The notes under the pieces: model-generated
Told to the model about the DNA's origin: nothing
What the model saw: only the letters and a program-made list of their open reading frames with translations
Databases searched by the model: none
Source: Octopus vulgaris
Lineage: Eukaryota
Length of the DNA stretch: 64,000 bases
NCBI GenBank assembly: GCA_951406725.2
Contig: OX597822.1
Coordinates: 86,366,001 to 86,430,000, forward strand
Direction: 5' to 3'
Translations under genes and position numbers: made by a program
Part shown: positions 58,901 to 64,000 of the stretch, one piece after another
Position numbering within the stretch: the stretch's first letter is position 1
Layout: each line of letters opens with the position of its first letter

Positions 58901-60681
58901 TATAGTTGTTTATCTATCTTGCGAAATGTCTTCCTTAACTCACATGCCTCCTATGTACAAGTGGTTCAATTTATCACTTCATCTGGATTGAAGAGGGTAT
59001 AAATAAGTTGGCTGATGATATTAATTAGCTATAAATTAGCTGGACATAAATCAAACTCGATGAGTTGCAACAAGATTTTAGATTCGGTTTCCAGTTTTAC
59101 TCTTACCGACGATGATGATGATAGATTCTAAGAAAAGTACAGTCAGAAATTTAGTGGAAGCAGGGCAGTTGATGATGTCGGCTCCCTGTACTTCACTGAT
59201 AATTTATTTTATTGGCCCCAGAAGGATGAAAGGTACAGTTGATCTCGGCGAGATTTCAATTCAAAACGTAAATGGACAAATTCCCCCCCACACACACTTT
59301 TGTTGTTTTGAGTAATTCTTAGTAAATTCCAACATGTGTGTGTGTGTGTGAGTTTCTATGTATAAGTGTGTTTGAAGAGAAGCGTGATGGCTGAATTTAG
59401 TCCCAAATCAACCCCGACTGAGCAAACCGATGGCATCCCAACCGTAACAATACCATCTTTTTGAGGGTATCGTGGGTGAATTGTTTCTACTATTATACTT
59501 TACATCCGTCTCACAAGACGAGTCTGATTAAAATCTGATTTGCCAACTTTCGAAATATGTCTCGCTCACCTCACGGAGAAGGAAACACTTCTAGGAAATG
59601 GGTGGTTGTTTCCTTCTAAGAGATAATATTTTGTTCCCAAATTTAATCTTTTCGCATTTTGCCCTACAGGGTCCGTTAATCTGTATTTATATCTTCTTTT
59701 TCAATTACACTCGTCTTACAAGATGAGTGTAATAGTAAAAAAAATTCTGCTTCTTGAACATGATGTAATACGGTTTTTCCTTTCTTCTTTCCGTGATTTT
59801 TAAGGGAGATTTAGCTGCTATTTCTAACAGGTGTAGCGATCACCTAAAGGATCCTTAATCAAATAGGCTATGTGGACAACCTGGCCACGGTTTATCAGTT
59901 TAGATCGATTGTTTGCATTAAGTTGTAGTTCTTCACCTCGCTGCTGTGAATCTGTGAATTTCATCTTCGGACAAGGGTTCACTAGCCATGTTGCTCCATC
60001 CGGCCTGTACTCTGGCCATTATGATGTTTCAGGTGCATAACTCTGAATATCCATTTGACACGAAGAAAAAGTGAGCAGATGGTCGTCTAGTCTTCTATTA
60101 TAATTACATTCTTATTAAGGATGCATCATTTACTTAGTGTTCCATTGCTATTTCATTTTATCGACATTAGAAGGATTAAAAGTAAAGGTGACCTCAGGCA
60201 TTTAATTGATACATAATTGGTAATTACTGTATCGAACCAATTGATAACAAAATCGAGACTCGGTGGGATTTGAACTCAAACATTAAATTCTCAGCTTGAT
60301 GTAGCATTCAAGGATGTTCAGCAGCTTTAAAATTTTACCTTAAACGAATTATAATTTAGTAAAGGAACGGGAATTTGTATGAATGGAGTTTTATACGAAT
60401 ATATGATTTACCACAAATATCTTCAATTATTTATAGATATAAGCGCGCGCACGTGTATAGTACCTGAGCTAACTCAGGTATTTTTTCTTTTGCCAAATAT
60501 TTATTTTGTTTATGCAGAGCCAAGACATTTTATTTTTACTTCTTTACCATAAAAGTACAACAGACATCCTCATCGATACGACAAATAAACGATGCAGTGG
60601 TGATTGAAAATATTAAATGTCTGTACCGAGCTAATTTTTAAAATGTATCAATGAATGAAAATGATTTTAGTTACAAAATAC

Positions 60682-60855
60682 CATCGCCTAATGAAGTAAC
60701 ACAATCCTTCACCGTCGTCAACATATGGTGTCATATCTTTGTGGAAGGGCCGAACGAACGTTAAAATATCTAATTTCTCGCTGACTCCCAGTAAAATAAC
60801 AGTCTTTGTGTCGAAGTTATTACCAAAGCAACTAAACCTTGTGGGTAACATGAAG
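60682..60855 (-). CDS. Candidate exon of an unidentified minus-strand gene or pseudogene (MLPTRFSCFG...GLCYFIRRW)
   Basis: Pyrimidine-rich TAG acceptor, GTATTT donor, 174 nt, only one open frame, unique sequence; no family recognised. Confidence 0.4.
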
Positions 60856-61074
60856 CTACAGAAATTAAAGGATTGGACCCTGTACTAAAGACTCCTCCCC
60901 CACCTTCTGTATTGTATCTGAAAGTTGGTGACAAGTCGGTTTCCTTTTTAATTCACTTCGTTCATACCATCAATAATCCTTGGGAAACGCATGACTGCCA
61001 CGAAGTCCCATTTTAATTTACCTTTATAAGGTCGGTATTATTTGTGACTGATGGTTATTATTCTAATACACTAA

Positions 61075-61285
61075 AGGCGACGAGCTGGCAGAATCGTTAG
61101 CACGCTGGGCAAAATGTTTAGCGGTATTTCGTCTGCTTCTGAGTTCAAGTTCCGCTAAAGTCAACTTTGCGTTTCATCCTTTTGGGGTCGATAAATTAAG
61201 TACCAGTGAAACACTGGAATCTATGTAATCGACTAGTTCCCTTCCCCAAAATTTCAGGCCTTGTGCCTATAGTAGAAAGGATTAT
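61075..61285 (+). mobile_element. SINE family A copy with intact CpGs
   Basis: Full head, core and tail. Confidence 0.85.
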
Positions 61286-62079
61286 TCTAATAAATTCATT
61301 CATTCATTCTCTCTCTCTCTCTGGTCGATGAAAGAATTACTAATTACACACTGTGCAGATGAATTTAGAGCCAACGATAAACAGTCGCCATGTGACTGGT
61401 TTAAACATCTTGATAACATTTCAGTTTGACAATCAAACATTTTAAATACTTCTCAGAACGAGCTCTTAAATCAAACAAACTTTGTCGTCTATTTACAGCA
61501 TTTATGAAGGAAATAAAAAGGAGTCTTTCATTGCATTCATGTTATCTAGTTCTTATTTATAACACCAACTCGGAGGTAATAAATTTATACAAATAAGTAA
61601 AAATAAACGATTAAAGCAAAGTCGGCAGTAAAGATCTTCACTTGCTCTTCCTCTTTCTAAAATTAACTACCCTAGTTTCGTGATCACAAAAGTTGGCCGG
61701 AATACCGACTGGAATACCTGAGTAAAGCTACACAGTAGCTATTACTAATCAAGTTAGCCAAAAGTTTGTAGTGGATTATCACACGTGCTTTAATGGCATA
61801 GCTTGTATTCGAGAGCCTCGATTTTTTTTTTCAAAGCCGGAATGTCAATCGCATCTTATTTATTGCAACAGAATAAAGACACGACACAGACTTACAATCT
61901 ATACTATATAAATATAATTAAATGAATATAAACAGAATGAAAGCGTTTAATTTAATTAGAGTTAATTCTGGCTGTTGCGGCATATCGAAAGAATGCCTAT
62001 GTTGCTATAAAGCCCTTCCTATCTATGGGTGTGTACACTAAAACACGTTTTGTGTCCTTGTATATAATCGTTATGGTTC

Positions 62080-62745
62080 TATTGTTTAGCTCTAGCCATG
62101 GCCACTCCGTCTTACATTCAAACATTGTTGTCCAGTTCAAACACAAGCCTTATACAGTAATCTGTCCTTCATTCTGAGGGAAAAGAGCTTTGTCGCCAGC
62201 AGAAGTAGTAACATTGAACTTTTAACCTCTTCCTACCCTGACTATTATTGTACCTTCTGAGCAACTGCCTCCCCTTCTAATTTTGTCTCCTAGGTAACAA
62301 AAGCTATCGACTGCGTCTAGTAAGACGTCCGGGTATGTAATGGCAACTATTTCTCGTGTGCTCGTAGTACTTACTGCTCCAAGGCTTTTGTTAAATATGA
62401 ACCTCCCTTACTCTGATAGTTTGCTTGTAATTTCACATTACCTCTTGTGTATCCCTAGCTTACATTGGGTTCAATGTAGAGAGTTTATACCTACTTTCCT
62501 GGATACTGAGCAAAGCCCCTCCATCTTCTTTCCTACTCACTAAAGATTTTAGTCTTTGTTAAGTTTACTACAAGGCTTCTTCTCAGTTCTAGGTTTCACT
62601 TCCATGCCTGGAATTTCCTCTCTAATTTCCCTATAGATTAGGCTTTGATCATCAGCATATACAAGGTTCTATGTACACCAGGTCTTAAATTCCTCTTTGA
62701 TGGCCTGTAGGACTATCATGAATAAGAAGGGGCTGAGAACCTTTC
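62080..62745 (-). mobile_element. RTE reverse-transcriptase remnant
   Basis: VLSPFLFMIVLQAIKEEFKT...LVYADD on the minus strand. Confidence 0.75.
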
Positions 62746-64000
62746 ACAAAATTTCTTCAATACCACTTCTGCTTCATACACAATGGTTTCTGTATTGCAT
62801 TGGCCATTTTAGTGAGCATGTAGTGTTACTTCTGTAAGAGTAGCCTGCTTCTGTTCTAGGTTGGGGCCTACTCACTATTTTCTTTATGCTAGGTGAGGAG
62901 CATGTTTATCAACTAAACTGAGGAATGTCCTACCTTCACAAATTTTTACTTTGATGGAAATTATAAACACTTAGAGTGGAATTTCCTGTTCAAGTTAGGA
63001 TCAGGCATAGAATTAGTCTTATCCTTGAAATCACTGGCAATCAGGGCCATGGCATTGAAGATCTCTTAGCTCAAAGATAGGTTGGAGATACTTTTGCTAA
63101 ACCCCTTAACTAAGTTCCTGAAAACTATAGTTGGATGACAGTAAGCTGCATTAAGATATGTCAGCCTCTCATTTCGTTTCTGAAAGGGTTTTATAGGTGC
63201 CAGTGTCTAGGTGTGATGTCACGTCCATGAAATCAACCACTTTCAAGTTGATCTCTATTGTGACCTTGGATGCAAGAGAATTAAGGGTTAGATCGTTCTT
63301 AAGCCTATTGAGTGTGTGGCCATTTGCCCCCCCCCCCCCTCTATAGTGCTAAGGCATCATCCCAATACAGGCCAAAGCTGATTGAGGGGTATTACTTACT
63401 AAGCATATCTTACTAAGATGTAGTGGTGTTTCAAAATTTCATGCATTTATTTGTAAGGTTAAGGAAGTTATTAAAAATTGAAACCCATCAGCGACTTTTG
63501 GGACACCATGTATATCTGCACTGCTAAATTCTCTCTTTGTATTATCAAAGGAGTTGTTGGGATCAGTTTGCCTAATTGAGGTTGTCAAGTAGTAGGGTTT
63601 TCCTGCCATGCATGATGATGTGCATATCCCCATTGCTAATTCCTGCCTAGCCCCTAGCAAAGTTGAGTGCCCCATATAAAACAACCCTCGATAGAGATGG
63701 ATAAAAAAATACTTTATTAAATAGGGTGAACCTTGCTCTTACCTCTGCTGCTCCTGGCTTTAAGCCATGAAATGACCTCATTGTCCCAGAAGGGAGGAAC
63801 TAGAGATTCTCCTAATGAAATCGTTATCTTCTTGAGCAGGTGTTTGCTTTCAAAGCTGATCTCTCACTTTGTGGGGTGATCAACCAACATTTCAGGTTTG
63901 AGGTCTTTAATAAAGGCATCTTTCTTCGTTAAAGCTTTTACCCTGGCCTCAATTTCTGTATGTTTGTGCAATGTTGTCAGTTCAATGAGCACTGCTTCAA

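Overview
AT-rich, repeat-dense animal genomic DNA, most likely an octopus or other coleoid cephalopod (inferred from the SINE/RTE families and microsatellite load, not confirmed by search). Bases 51-18297 (+) hold the last 14 coding exons of glycyl-tRNA synthetase (GARS1). They splice in frame to about 592 codons, and one intron (10507-12027) is a minor-spliceosome AT-AC intron. The rest is mostly transposon remnants: a near-complete CR1-group LINE, RTE, Penelope, R4/Dong-type, Tc1/mariner/maT, hAT-Buster, piggyBac/hAT MITEs, Helitrons and several tRNA-derived SINE families. Scattered exon-like segments on the minus strand may be an unidentified or decayed gene. The two most unusual items are (1) a 689-bp TG...CA element with a 5-bp target duplication and a Gypsy-like gag start, bounded by 172-bp INVERTED rather than direct repeats, and (2) a tRNA-headed element with a Penelope/hammerhead-like tail in a head-to-head inverted arrangement with a 13-bp target duplication. 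Family assignments come from recalled motifs; no database searches were run.
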